DNA of 64,000 nucleotides from Blastocatellia bacterium (GTDB lineage Bacteria; Acidobacteriota; Blastocatellia; UBA7656), in assembly GCA_049273855.1 (NCBI GenBank), contig JBASRN010000012.1:4666-68665 (forward strand), read 5' to 3'. The position numbers and the translations under genes are program-made. The notes under the pieces were generated by a model. The model was given only the letters and a program-made list of their open reading frames with translations, did not search any database and was not told the origin of the DNA. Every line of letters starts with the position of its first letter. Position 1 is the first letter of the stretch. Positions 17,893 through 28,042 of the stretch are shown here, piece after piece.

Positions 17893-18854
17893 TCAAGCAA
17901 CACAAATTGATGTTGATCGCCAGCATGGGGGTACTGGTTTCGGCCGCGGCGGTTTCTGCTCAGCAAGGCTGGACGCAAGGGCAAACTATCCAACAGGGCG
18001 GCGGGGCCGCATCGGTCAATGCAGTCTACTACGATGGCGATAACATCTGGGTGGTAGGAGCTAAGGGCTTCGTAGCGCGGTCGCCCGACGACGGAGGGAG
18101 CTTCCAGGAGATCCGCGTTGATATCGACGAGGGGTTGAATGACGTCTACAAGCGAGGAGATAAGATCTGGATAGTCGGAGACCGAGGCACGATACTAAGG
18201 AGCACGGACGACGGTGTGAGCTTTATCAGAACGACTCCTTCTCCGGCCGGCGGCTCGCAGAATCGCTCGGCACCTATCGACCTTTATTCGGTGTTGTTCA
18301 CCGACACGAAGCGCGGATTCATTGTAGGTGATCAGGGGTTGATCCTGGCGTCGAGCGACGGAGGCACATCATGGCGCGAGCAGCGGAGCGGTGCTGACTC
18401 TCAGTTGTTTCACTTGAGCTTTCAGGGCGATCGCGGCTGGGTAGTCGGAACGGGCGGAACAGTAATTCACACCGACGACGCAGGCAAGAATTGGTATCCT
18501 CAGAGGTCCGGAGTCTCTGAAGACCTGAACCGGGTTTACATGGTGAGCGATCGCAGAGGTTTGATTACGGGCGACAAAGGCACTCTGCTGGAGACTGAGA
18601 ACGGGGGAGCGACCTGGGTGAGAGTGTCGTTGAGAGTGAACGAGCCGCTGTTCGGAGTGAGCTTCACTGACAAGAAGACTGGATGGGTGGTGGGCTACGG
18701 TGGGCGGATCATTCGCACTTACGACGGCGGGCACAATTGGGTCGAGCAAAGCAGCGGGACTCAGGCGGACTTGTTCGCCGTGTCGTTCCATAAGAATCGA
18801 GGTTACGCGATCGGCCGCGATGGAGTGGTGATGAGATACTACGAGCAAAGATAG
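17889..18854 (+). CDS. Ycf48/HCF136-like BNR-repeat beta-propeller protein, secreted
   Basis: Signal peptide MIKQHKLMLIASMGVLVSAAAVSA. Six or more repeats of W(V/I)VG..G.I..(S/T).D(G/D)G.(S/N)(W/F). ATGA overlap with the ligase stop. Confidence 0.7.
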   Translation: MIKQHKLMLIASMGVLVSAAAVSAQQGWTQGQTIQQGGGAASVNAVYYDGDNIWVVGAKGFVARSPDDGGSFQEIRVDIDEGLNDVYKRGDKIWIVGDRGTILRSTDDGVSFIRTTPSPAGGSQNRSAPIDLYSVLFTDTKRGFIVGDQGLILASSDGGTSWREQRSGADSQLFHLSFQGDRGWVVGTGGTVIHTDDAGKNWYPQRSGVSEDLNRVYMVSDRRGLITGDKGTLLETENGGATWVRVSLRVNEPLFGVSFTDKKTGWVVGYGGRIIRTYDGGHNWVEQSSGTQADLFAVSFHKNRGYAIGRDGVVMRYYEQR

Positions 18855-18886
18855 GCCTGCGTTTTTGGTCGTCGTGTTAATGAAAA

Positions 18887-18911
18887 GGGCCGGTCACTGT
18901 GCGACCGGCCC
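18887..18911. terminator. Bidirectional intrinsic terminator between convergent genes
   Basis: GGGCCGGTC-actgtgc-GACCGGCCC forms a 9-bp GC stem. It is flanked by AATGAAAA on one side and TTTCCTGCC on the other. Confidence 0.6.
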
Positions 18912-18935
18912 TTTCCTGCCAAGGCAGTGACTAGC

Positions 18936-21773
18936 CTACTGCCAGATTGGCGTGCCCACTTGTAACCCTGCGACAACTATCAACTGCAGGCCCTCGCGAC
19001 GGACACGCAGAAGAGTGGTGCCACATGTCGGGTTTGTAAAGCGAATGACTCTCTGAGCGCCATCCGGGAAGAAGATGCCAGCCTCCTGACCGTTGACCGA
19101 ACCGGCACCGATAAGCTTTGTTCCGCCGGCCTTGACCTTCGCCTTGGCCGTCTCGAAGAACTGGGAGCCTGCCGCGTCATTTGAGATCGCGAACTTGATC
19201 CCCGGGAGGAAGAGCGGTTGAGTGCCTGCGACCGTGCGGAATACCATCCTGACTGCTCCAGTTTGGAAAGCCATGTTTGTGGAATTGATTTGCGGTCCTT
19301 GTTCGTTGATAAAGAAGTCGGAGTTGCTCGAATCAGACGAGACCGCGTTGGTCGTGCTCGTGGCTGTTACGACAACCCTGGCAGTCGATGTGCAAAACTG
19401 TGGTACGACCCAGTCCAGCTCTCTTGCTGTCGCAGGCAGCGCGGGTTGAGTTGGATTCACCTGGGTTATTGGAGTGAACGTTGCTCCATTGTTGGTCGTG
19501 AAGAACACGTCGAAGCCTTTCACTCGATCCTCGAATCCGGTCCCGACTACCCACGTAATCTTGAACGTCTGATTGAACCTCAGGGTCTCGTTTCCGTTTG
19601 GAGTCAACACGGCAAGGGCGACGCCGGTGTCGTTGATTGAAAAGTCTTCGTTGCTGTCATCTTGTGCGGTGCCTGCTGTGTTATCGACCACGGTGATGCG
19701 CACGCGGGCCATCGTAGTGTTTACTCCGATCGGAATGTTCCAGGTAAAGGCGCGTAGGGTTCCGTCTACATTTGAAGCGATGATCGTGTTGAACGTGGAG
19801 CCGCCGTCGGTTGATAGCCTTAGTTCAAAACTATCAATCGTGTCCGCGCCATCCGGGTCATCCGCGGTCCATGTAATTTGAAACGTCCCTCCGCCGCCAA
19901 CCAGTTCTCCTCCATTTGGATCTGTGAGAGTAACGGTCGGCGGGTTGTTTTGCGGCGGCACCGTATTGGCCGCGGCGAGCAGAACGTAGGCTCTGCCGGC
20001 ATCAGTGCGGTTCGCCCCCGCGACTATTTGAACGTCGTTGAAGGGCGCTCCCGCCGCAATGTCACCACCGCCATTATTATCAAAGTCGCCCGTACCAATT
20101 GCCCATCCGAACTCGTCGGCTGGAGCTTGACCAGTTATGCGAACGTCGTCCTGATTCAAAGCCAGATCGCGGCCGGGAAAGATCAACAAATTCGACCCGC
20201 CAAAAAGGATGTGAGCTGAGCCGCGGTTGGAAAGCGCCCCGGGCGCTCCGAGCAACAGGTCCGGAAAGAGGTCGGTGTTGCCTTGAGTATTCACCACACC
20301 GGCCGCTACGGCTGATCCCAGGCGGTCGCCCGGCGCCGCGCCGATCACGGTCAGAGAGGCAGTTGCGAAGGAAACATTGATTCGCCTTTCCGTAGCGGCA
20401 CCCGGGGGATTCAAGGCGGGGCCTCCCGCTATTACGTAAGCCTGCCCGCACGAAGGACGAAAACCGCCGGGTCCCGCCGATTGAGGCGCTCCGATACAAA
20501 TGTCGTTCGCACCCTCGTTGGTTACGTTACCTACGGCAAGCCCCGCGCCGAGGTGATCGCCGCTCACCTCGCCATAAATCGAGAGATTCTGTTGAGTCGC
20601 GCCGATGTCAAAGGTCTTCGTCGTAGCTGGAGGCGTCGGGTTCAGGTTCACGCCACCGAGTACTCCAAACGTTGCTCCGGTCTCAATGACGTCGACCGCG
20701 TCAGGCCGGTTCGCCCTTGGCGCTCCGACAAGCAGATCGCCCGCACCTCCCCCATTGACATCGGCAATTGCAAGCGCGCTGCCAAAGTGGCTCTCAGCTT
20801 TCCCGAAGATCCTCACAGGAGCCGGCGAGGCGTTAAGGTCAATAACCTTCGTCGTCGGAAGCGGGTTGTCGAGAGCCGTGCCGCCTAAGAGCAGGAACGC
20901 GGCACCACCATTGTTCCGCGGCGCGCCAGCGGGATCAGGACCCTTGCTTCCGGTAGCGCCAACCAAGAGATCAGGCGGACTCGTTCCGCCGTTAGCTTCC
21001 CCAATGGCTAGCGCGCACCCGAATCCATCACCGGCTTGCTCGCCTATGATTTGGTCATTCGCGGCGTTGGGCGTGGCGAGATCAACCGTTGTCGGCGTAA
21101 ATCCGGCAACCCCGAATATTATGAAGACTGCGCCGGTGTCGCTGCGCGGTGTTGGGACACCGGCCCCGGTCAGGTCAAAGCCTGGAGCGCCGATCGCCAG
21201 GTCGTCAATTCCATCTCCGTTGACATCGCCCGCAGCGACACCAAACCCCAGATGGTCCTCTGCAGAAGCGCCGAAGATCTTAACGTCAGGCTGGCTGATG
21301 GCAGTCAGGTTGGTGTCGATAATTGTTGGAGTTGAGAAAGAGGCTCTGCCAAAAAGTATGTAGACCGAACCGGCGTCCGCGCGGAGGCTGCCGCCCTGAG
21401 GCGTGAAGTCGGCGTCGGGAGCGCCGGTTATCAAGTCGTCGATTCCGTCATCATTGATATCGCCAACCGCTACTGCGTGAGATCGCGGGAGGGTCGCGAA
21501 GCTATTTGCCGCGCCGTTGCCCGATAGGTGGTCGGCGTCCCCGGCACCCAGAATTTGAATGTTTGCCGCCGCGGCCGACAAGTCAATGAACTGGACGGTC
21601 TGGGTTGAGACATCGCCGGTTGCCGCTTTGAAGGGAACGATCGCTATCGCGATTGAGACGAGGGAGACTGCGAGCAAGCTAATCAACTGATGTGCGTTTC
21701 TGGACGGTGCGATTCTCGGGTTGGACATTCTCTGTGACCCCCAATGCGGATATGGTGGTTCGTGTGAACTCAC
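18936..21773 (-). CDS. Secreted FG-GAP repeat (integrin-alpha-like) protein, 945 aa, with C-terminal Asp-box/BNR-like repeats
   Basis: N-terminal signal/TM segment. Multiple FG-GAP repeats (GD(I/V)NGDGIDDL..GAP). C-terminal repeats of the form S/TTDGGSTF. Confidence 0.8.
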   Translation of the reverse strand: MSSHEPPYPHWGSQRMSNPRIAPSRNAHQLISLLAVSLVSIAIAIVPFKAATGDVSTQTVQFIDLSAAAANIQILGAGDADHLSGNGAANSFATLPRSHAVAVGDINDDGIDDLITGAPDADFTPQGGSLRADAGSVYILFGRASFSTPTIIDTNLTAISQPDVKIFGASAEDHLGFGVAAGDVNGDGIDDLAIGAPGFDLTGAGVPTPRSDTGAVFIIFGVAGFTPTTVDLATPNAANDQIIGEQAGDGFGCALAIGEANGGTSPPDLLVGATGSKGPDPAGAPRNNGGAAFLLLGGTALDNPLPTTKVIDLNASPAPVRIFGKAESHFGSALAIADVNGGGAGDLLVGAPRANRPDAVDVIETGATFGVLGGVNLNPTPPATTKTFDIGATQQNLSIYGEVSGDHLGAGLAVGNVTNEGANDICIGAPQSAGPGGFRPSCGQAYVIAGGPALNPPGAATERRINVSFATASLTVIGAAPGDRLGSAVAAGVVNTQGNTDLFPDLLLGAPGALSNRGSAHILFGGSNLLIFPGRDLALNQDDVRITGQAPADEFGWAIGTGDFDNNGGGDIAAGAPFNDVQIVAGANRTDAGRAYVLLAAANTVPPQNNPPTVTLTDPNGGELVGGGGTFQITWTADDPDGADTIDSFELRLSTDGGSTFNTIIASNVDGTLRAFTWNIPIGVNTTMARVRITVVDNTAGTAQDDSNEDFSINDTGVALAVLTPNGNETLRFNQTFKITWVVGTGFEDRVKGFDVFFTTNNGATFTPITQVNPTQPALPATARELDWVVPQFCTSTARVVVTATSTTNAVSSDSSNSDFFINEQGPQINSTNMAFQTGAVRMVFRTVAGTQPLFLPGIKFAISNDAAGSQFFETAKAKVKAGGTKLIGAGSVNGQEAGIFFPDGAQRVIRFTNPTCGTTLLRVRREGLQLIVVAGLQVGTPIWQ

Positions 21774-22040
21774 CGAGTCTATCGGTGGTCAGCGAAATTG
21801 GCAACCTTGATGTTTCAGCGACGTCACCAGCGTATACAGGCAAGTTGAAATATATGGGAAGATAGTTGTTGACTGGCCCTGGTTTTTTTGGTATTTTCGG
21901 AGCCTCGTTCGGTCAATGGGTGACGGTGTTGAAATTAAACATGGTTTCACTTAGCCAGGATGGGGCCGGGCGTAGTCGTTTTCTCGATTGTCAAAGGAAC
22001 GGAATCCCAGCAGAAGATCGTTTCAGAAGGCACACGCCGA

Positions 22041-25000
22041 ATGTTTCAACCCGTATTCGTCCGTTCATTGATGCCCAGTGAGAGAGAAGGTCTCGCCCTC
22101 TCTGCAAAGTCTCTCAACCGCGAGGAATCGGCGCGGGCTCAGGTGATCCTACTTTCGGCTGAGGGCAAGACTGCGGCAGAGATCAGCCAGCAGATCGGCT
22201 CACATCCCTCGAACGTAAAGAAGTGGATTCGACGGTTTAACGAGCAAGGGTTGGTCGGCGTTTCTGCAAAGAAGCGAGGTCCCCAGGGCGGACCTCGGCC
22301 GAGATTCACCTCCGAGCAAACCGATACCATCTTGCGCTTGTCAAAGACTGAGCCTGCGGCGCTGGGCTACAGTTTCAGGGAATGGACGCCGCAGAAGCTT
22401 GCGACTGCCGCGGTTGAGCGGGGCATTGTAGACAGCATTAGCCACGTCACAGTTAGACAGCTACTGAACCGCCAGTCGAAGGCCGAGTCGCCTCCCCAAT
22501 TGACCGAAACGAAAGCGGAAGCAGCGGGGCTCGCCAAGGGGCGCGAAGCTGACCAGACGGATTTTGAGTTGGGCGAGAAAGCCCTGGCGCAATCGCGGTA
22601 TGACACTGCGGCCGAGCGATTGTATGCAGCGCTCGCCAAGAACACAGGCTCCCCGGAGGAGGAAGCCATCACCCGATCGCTGCTTAGCAAGGCCCTTGAG
22701 GAATTGAGTAAGTATGAGGAAGCTCAGGAGGTCATCGGTAAGTTTGACGATCCGCGGATGCTGGCGTTGCTGTCGCCAAGGACTCGCGCTCGAGTCAGAC
22801 TGCGAACAGGATGGGTGAACAGCTTCCTGCGAGATCACGCGAAGGCTATTGCCGCGCTCAACGAGGCGAGGCGCTTGTTCCTCGAGCTGGGAGACGATCT
22901 CGGGATGAGCGAAGCCCACTATGGGCTGGGGCGGACCTACATAGAGATCAACGAATTTAGAATCGCGCGAGATCATCTCGTGTTTGCGGCGGGCTTTCAG
23001 AAGACCGCTCAGGACCCCACGCTGCTCGCGCAGATCTACAATCGGCTTGGAGTTGTGGACTTTCACGAAGGTGCATTCTCGAGTTCGACGCAAAACTATT
23101 TGAAAGCGCTTGAGCTTGTCGAGGGCTCCGGCAACACAAATCCCCTTGGATTAATTCTACTAAATCTAGGCACGTCTATATTTCACGGCTATCCGAGCGA
23201 ACGAGAGGAATCTGCGACATATCTCAAGCGCGCGATTGAGTGTTTTGAGAAGGGCGGGCATAAGGACTATCTGACGCTTGCCTACAATAATCTGGGAGAC
23301 AACCTGCAATACGCCGGTCAGTGGCGCGAAGCGATTCAGGCGCTGGAGAAGGCCATAGCGGTTTCTCAGCGGTTTGAGCAGCCGAGCTACGAAGCAACGG
23401 CGCGGGTGACTCTCGCGGAGATACTATGCGCGAAGGGTGAATTCACCGGCGCAGAAAGCCATCTCAAGAGAAGCCTTGAATTAATCGAAGGGACGGACAA
23501 GTGGCTGGAGTGCAACGCTCTTCGCGTATTGGCGGCGGTGCATCGAGCGGTTGGGCGTTCCGATTCTGCGCTCAAAACGTTGCGTCAGGCGCTCCAGCTT
23601 TCAACCTCGATCGGCGATCTGTTAGGGGTAACCCTTGCGCAAGTTGGTCTGGCCGACCTTCATTTCTCGCAGGGCGGCTACGATCAGGCGAGAGAGTACC
23701 TGGAGCTGGCGCAGGAGAGATTAAAAGAAGAAAAGAGCCTCTCGATCTCGGGCTTAATCCAACGGTTGACCGGTAAGCTCGAGGCCGCCAGCGGCCGCCT
23801 ACCTGAAGCTAAGCAGCACATCGCCCAGAGCGTATCAATTTTTACAACTACGGAGACCACTTATGAGCTTGGTCTAAGCCACTATGAAATGGGTTTGTTG
23901 TTAAGGAGTGCTCGCGATCTGAAAGGCGCCGAGTCCAACCTGCTTCGAGCTCGTGAGATCTTCGAGAGTCTCGAGGCGGAGCCTGACTTCGAGCTGTGCC
24001 GCAAGGCGCTTGCGTCGCTTACGGAGGGAGAAGATGGGTCTCAGGTTCTCAGGGTCAGTCCTCTAAACGACGTACTCCTGATGCAGCGATTGATTGAGGC
24101 CTCTGCTTCGCGCGAGCTACTAGTCCGCGAACTGGCGGCGGTCATTTCAGAGAACTTTCCGGTGGAGCAGGTTGCGATATTCAGGGTGGCGGAAACCGGG
24201 ATAGCCGAGCCGCTAGCGAGGCAAGGTATAGGTCGCGAGGACGCAGAGCAGCTTGGCGCTTCGTTGGATCAGTCAACTCCCGACGCGATAAGTCGCTCAG
24301 CCAATGGCTATGTCATCCGGATTGGGGATAACTCTCGTGTGCCGATACTTGTGTATATGAAGGCGAACGATACGTTCGACGTCGCACGGCTTCAGCCGCT
24401 GTTCAAGCAGGCAGAACTAGGACTCGAAACTTGCTCGCTACGGGCGACCGTACACAGCGGTCCGGTTCGCGATCGGGAGCAGCCCTTTCAAACGATTATG
24501 CCGGGCTTCATTGTTGCCAGTGCCCCAATGTTCGACGTGATCGATAAGATTTACAAGATCAGAACCAACGATGTTACGGTGCTCATAACTGGCGAATCGG
24601 GTACCGGCAAAGAGTTGGTAGCGAGGCACATTCACGGCCAATCAGCCAGGGCTCGCGCGATTTTTCTGCCGTTCAACTGCACTGCCACACCCAAGGAGAT
24701 AATTGACAGCCAATTATTCGGCCACCGGAAAGGCGCGTTCACCGGCGCGACGACGAACTACCCTGGAATTATCAAAGCGGCCGATGGCGGAACGTTATTT
24801 CTGGATGAAATAGGCGACCTGTCCCTCGAGGTGCAACCTAAACTCATGCGGTTTTTGCAGGAGGGAGAGATTCAACCGCTCGGGGAAACCAAACCTGGTC
24901 GCGTCGATGTGCGCATTCTCGCGGCGACCAATACCGATCTCGAGCGCGCCGTCGAGGACGGGCGCTTCAGGGAAGATCTGTTCCACCGCCTCAACATCAT

Positions 25001-25550
25001 TCGCATTCACGTACCGCCCTTGAGGGAACGCAGCGAAGAAGTGCCAGTACTCGCTGCCCATTTCCTGGAGCATTTTTCGTCAAGATCCGGTAAACAAGGC
25101 ATAATGATGACTCAGGATGCAACTGATGCGCTTTCTAGTCACGATTGGCCTGGAAATGTCAGGCAGTTGAGGAATGAGATTGAGAGGATGGTAGCGTATG
25201 CGCTGGACGGTGCTAGGATCTCGGTTGACGATTTGTCCCCCGACGTCACCAACCCGCGTAGGGAGATGCGCCGAGAACGACCCGGACAAGGATACGCCGC
25301 CTTCGGCGGCTCCATCGGGAGAAGGTTTTTGGAAAGACCCAACGGAAACCACTCAGGGGTTCGGCCCCACGAACCTCGCATAGTCAAGCTCAAGGCGGCA
25401 ACGGCGGAGCTTGAGCGACGGCTGATTCAAGAGGCGTTGGATCGAAACAGGAACAACCTCTCTCGAACCGCGGTCGAGCTTGGTCTCTCTCGGAGGGGGT
25501 TGAGGCTCAAGCTTGGTCAACTCGGGATTTTGCGGGAACAGCGCGCCTAG
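22041..25550 (+). CDS. Sigma-54-dependent transcriptional activator with N-terminal IS630-transposase-like HTH, central TPR region, AAA+ sigma-54 interaction domain and C-terminal Fis-type HTH
   Basis: GESGTGKELVARHIH Walker A. GAFTGA-type region FGHRKGAFTGA. ESR motifs. C-terminal HTH NLSRTAVELGLSRRGL. N-terminus QVILLSAEGKTAAEISQQIGSHPSNVKKWIRRFNEQGL resembles an IS630 Tnp HTH. Start chosen at ATG 22041. Confidence 0.8.
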   Translation: MFQPVFVRSLMPSEREGLALSAKSLNREESARAQVILLSAEGKTAAEISQQIGSHPSNVKKWIRRFNEQGLVGVSAKKRGPQGGPRPRFTSEQTDTILRLSKTEPAALGYSFREWTPQKLATAAVERGIVDSISHVTVRQLLNRQSKAESPPQLTETKAEAAGLAKGREADQTDFELGEKALAQSRYDTAAERLYAALAKNTGSPEEEAITRSLLSKALEELSKYEEAQEVIGKFDDPRMLALLSPRTRARVRLRTGWVNSFLRDHAKAIAALNEARRLFLELGDDLGMSEAHYGLGRTYIEINEFRIARDHLVFAAGFQKTAQDPTLLAQIYNRLGVVDFHEGAFSSSTQNYLKALELVEGSGNTNPLGLILLNLGTSIFHGYPSEREESATYLKRAIECFEKGGHKDYLTLAYNNLGDNLQYAGQWREAIQALEKAIAVSQRFEQPSYEATARVTLAEILCAKGEFTGAESHLKRSLELIEGTDKWLECNALRVLAAVHRAVGRSDSALKTLRQALQLSTSIGDLLGVTLAQVGLADLHFSQGGYDQAREYLELAQERLKEEKSLSISGLIQRLTGKLEAASGRLPEAKQHIAQSVSIFTTTETTYELGLSHYEMGLLLRSARDLKGAESNLLRAREIFESLEAEPDFELCRKALASLTEGEDGSQVLRVSPLNDVLLMQRLIEASASRELLVRELAAVISENFPVEQVAIFRVAETGIAEPLARQGIGREDAEQLGASLDQSTPDAISRSANGYVIRIGDNSRVPILVYMKANDTFDVARLQPLFKQAELGLETCSLRATVHSGPVRDREQPFQTIMPGFIVASAPMFDVIDKIYKIRTNDVTVLITGESGTGKELVARHIHGQSARARAIFLPFNCTATPKEIIDSQLFGHRKGAFTGATTNYPGIIKAADGGTLFLDEIGDLSLEVQPKLMRFLQEGEIQPLGETKPGRVDVRILAATNTDLERAVEDGRFREDLFHRLNIIRIHVPPLRERSEEVPVLAAHFLEHFSSRSGKQGIMMTQDATDALSSHDWPGNVRQLRNEIERMVAYALDGARISVDDLSPDVTNPRREMRRERPGQGYAAFGGSIGRRFLERPNGNHSGVRPHEPRIVKLKAATAELERRLIQEALDRNRNNLSRTAVELGLSRRGLRLKLGQLGILREQRA

Positions 25551-25804
25551 CACAAGAACGTGGCGTAGGCGCTGAGCCTTGTGGGTGGTGAACCAGAAGC
25601 CAATAGGACGAATGCGCTTGACAGGAAAGGACTTTGCCAATATCCTCGACATCGGCGGCAGCGAAACGCGAGGCCCCTTGCGCACAGAATTAGTGGGCGA
25701 GTGTATCCACTCATTCATGCCAAACCTGCGGAGCTGGGTTGGTAAGAAACAAAAAGCGCAGCTCCGTGCCTTCGGCACAAGCAGGGCTTTGAGGGTCAGA
25801 TAAT

Positions 25805-27472
25805 ATGGGCAAGAATCGAATGACTGGTGTTAACTCACTCACTCGACTTGGCATCGCTGCTACGGTGTTGATCAGCTTATTCAGCTTTGCGTCCTATTCA
25901 CCTCGCGCCGATGCAGTCGAGACGTCATATGTGGAGTTGGCGGGGGCAAACGGTAGACAGAATAACGTAGTGTTTGCCTTTGACCGGTACGTGCTCATCG
26001 CACCCTACGCGCCGACGGGAATAATCCAGGAGAACGGTGACTTAAGCCAGCTCGACAATCATTACCTATATATCATTGACACCAAGAAACCCGGCGTAGT
26101 TCTAACCAAAGACCTTACTGCGCGCGCGAGTTCGGATTCACCAAGTACGATTTACTACCCTACCAAGCTGGCCTTTGATCCAACAACCCAGACCGCCTTT
26201 GTAAGGGGAACGAGGTTCGAGCAAGAGCGCGGCGAGATCGAGGCCATCGAAGTCATCGCTTACGTACATTTGAATCTCGGAGACAATGGAAAACCAGTTA
26301 TTGATCCGACCGTCGTTTCGTTTGACATCGAGGGCGTAGGTGGGGAGCTGCGCAGCCCGGACGCTCCCACGGACTTGGCTTTGAGTCACAATGGGAACCA
26401 TCTTGTCTTCACAAACGGCGCATCCGTTTTTACGTACAGCCTGGAACAGGGATACCTCTACAAGGTCGACCTGGTGCATCCGAGCGAGTACGGTGCAGGT
26501 AACTTTATCTCATACCTTGCTGTTGATAGAGACAGCAATGTTTTGAGCGTTTACTCCACCAAAAAGGTCGTCGACAAAGACAACGTTGGGCACGACCAGT
26601 CCGAGGTTTCCTTTTACAGGTTGATAGACGACGGGTCTCTCACGCTGCTCAAGCGTGCGTACGCAGAAGATCTCCCGCAAGGGGCGGCGCTCACAGCCGG
26701 GAGTAACGTTGCGGTCTACTCGGACGCTGACAAACTCGATGTCCAGTACGCGCTATTTGTCACGAGCGATGGATCACTTTGTCAGGTGGACCTTCACACT
26801 GACGGATTATCTGCAAACGTCAGACAGTTGGTCGTATTTCCAGAATTGGCTCAACAGGGGTCGGATGACACAGGCCCGCGTTTGGTAAAGTACGATCCAG
26901 CAAAGCGGGTCGTAGGGATTGTGAGCCAGGGATACTCGGCCCAGATCTCCCGGCCCGGGAATGGACGAAGAAGGCGGATCTCTCGGCCAGGTAACCTCCA
27001 CGTATTGACGTCGCAACCCGTGCTCGCAATGGCAAGGTTTGGCAAGAAGGGTAAAGTAACCTCGCGGAACCTGTTCTCCGAGGATTTCAGAGATCAAGGC
27101 GGGTTGTCTGAGCTAGTCCCCGTAAAGGACACCGAGGATTGGTTGATGGCCACCTACTCAGGCAAGCTGCTTTCGATCACGGCATCTGGCGATTTCGAAA
27201 AATCGCGCCCGCAGCTGATTGCCAGTATTGCTCCACGCACAGAGCGGCTCGACTATCTCACCAGCCGCGACAGGTTCGTTGCAGTCCAGTCGTGCGCATC
27301 TGATGAGGAGGCATTGCCGGTAACGCAGCCCGGTTCGGTGGTAGTGGGCAAGGTGATCTCAGCCAACGGAAAGTCTTTGTTGGCAAGCGCAGCACTGATC
27401 TCGCCTTCTTCATCGCCGGTGCTTCGGCAAGCGCCGGCAATACGCAGGCCAGGCAATCTCAAGCGACGATGA
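25805..27472 (+). CDS. Secreted hypothetical protein (555 aa), probable beta-rich/propeller fold
   Basis: Signal peptide ..GIAATVLISLFSFASYSPRADA. No recognisable catalytic motifs. Contains a short internal tandem duplication (ISRPGNGRRRRISRPGN). Confidence 0.55.
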   Translation: MGKNRMTGVNSLTRLGIAATVLISLFSFASYSPRADAVETSYVELAGANGRQNNVVFAFDRYVLIAPYAPTGIIQENGDLSQLDNHYLYIIDTKKPGVVLTKDLTARASSDSPSTIYYPTKLAFDPTTQTAFVRGTRFEQERGEIEAIEVIAYVHLNLGDNGKPVIDPTVVSFDIEGVGGELRSPDAPTDLALSHNGNHLVFTNGASVFTYSLEQGYLYKVDLVHPSEYGAGNFISYLAVDRDSNVLSVYSTKKVVDKDNVGHDQSEVSFYRLIDDGSLTLLKRAYAEDLPQGAALTAGSNVAVYSDADKLDVQYALFVTSDGSLCQVDLHTDGLSANVRQLVVFPELAQQGSDDTGPRLVKYDPAKRVVGIVSQGYSAQISRPGNGRRRRISRPGNLHVLTSQPVLAMARFGKKGKVTSRNLFSEDFRDQGGLSELVPVKDTEDWLMATYSGKLLSITASGDFEKSRPQLIASIAPRTERLDYLTSRDRFVAVQSCASDEEALPVTQPGSVVVGKVISANGKSLLASAALISPSSSPVLRQAPAIRRPGNLKRR

Positions 27473-27561
27473 TTTCCCGGGACTAATTGGCGACTCCACC
27501 TTGAGTGTCGAGTGTTTGATCGGTTTCCGCGCAATTCGCAAGGTATAGAGCTGACCTGGTA

Positions 27562-27594
27562 GAAGGACCAATCTTTGGTCCTTCTTGTTTTTGG
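27562..27594 (+). terminator. Rho-independent terminator
   Basis: GAAGGACCA-atctt-TGGTCCTTC forms a 9-bp perfect stem. It is followed by TTGTTTTTGG. Confidence 0.7.
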
Positions 27595-27716
27595 CGCATA
27601 CCGGGTTCATCTTTAATGCTTGCGAAGATTCACTACAAACGAAGCGTCATAACCAGCCGGCGGCTTTCAGGGCGAGGACTGATTCTTACCCGATTCATAA
27701 GGAAGGAAAAGGCGAA

Positions 27717-28013
27717 GTGGCAGAGCCGAAGGAAGAATCGTCGAAGGGGCCGCATCCATCAAGGAGTCTCATTTCGCGAGCAGAGGGCTACGGAATCGCG
27801 GCCGGCTACGAGAGGCCGTATCGGCGGCGGCGGACTGCTGAACCGCACGTGCGCCAAAAGGACGAATATGGCCCAATCCCGGATTCGGGCTATTACGGCT
27901 CAGGAGAATCAGCTCGCCCCTTCAAGCGAGGACAAGCCGGCTACAGAGAAGAACTGCTCTGGTATCAACCTCAATACGGCGAAGAGACAAGCGGATACGA
28001 GCCAACCGAGTGA
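27717..28013 (+). CDS. Possible small Tyr/Gly/Glu-rich hydrophilic protein (98 aa from GTG)
   Basis: AAGGAAGGA SD 9 nt before GTG 27717. The product is low-complexity (..GYGIAAGYERPYRRRR..SGYYGSGES..YQPQYGEETSGYEPTE). Another frame is also open over the same region, so the coding call is weak. Confidence 0.25.
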   Translation: MAEPKEESSKGPHPSRSLISRAEGYGIAAGYERPYRRRRTAEPHVRQKDEYGPIPDSGYYGSGESARPFKRGQAGYREELLWYQPQYGEETSGYEPTE

Positions 28014-28042
28014 ACTGCTAGTCGGTTGTAGTTTTGCACCGA

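Noticed and set aside
19218-21363. Multiple 100-250 aa ORFs on the plus strand opposite the FG-GAP gene
   Set aside because: Typical antisense open frames in a GC-rich repeat-coding gene (A/G/P-rich translations). No SDs.
21774-21960. Sigma-54 promoter for the FG-GAP gene divergent from the activator
   Set aside because: Scanning both strands for GG-N10-GC with flanking TGGCAC/TTGC found no adequate match.
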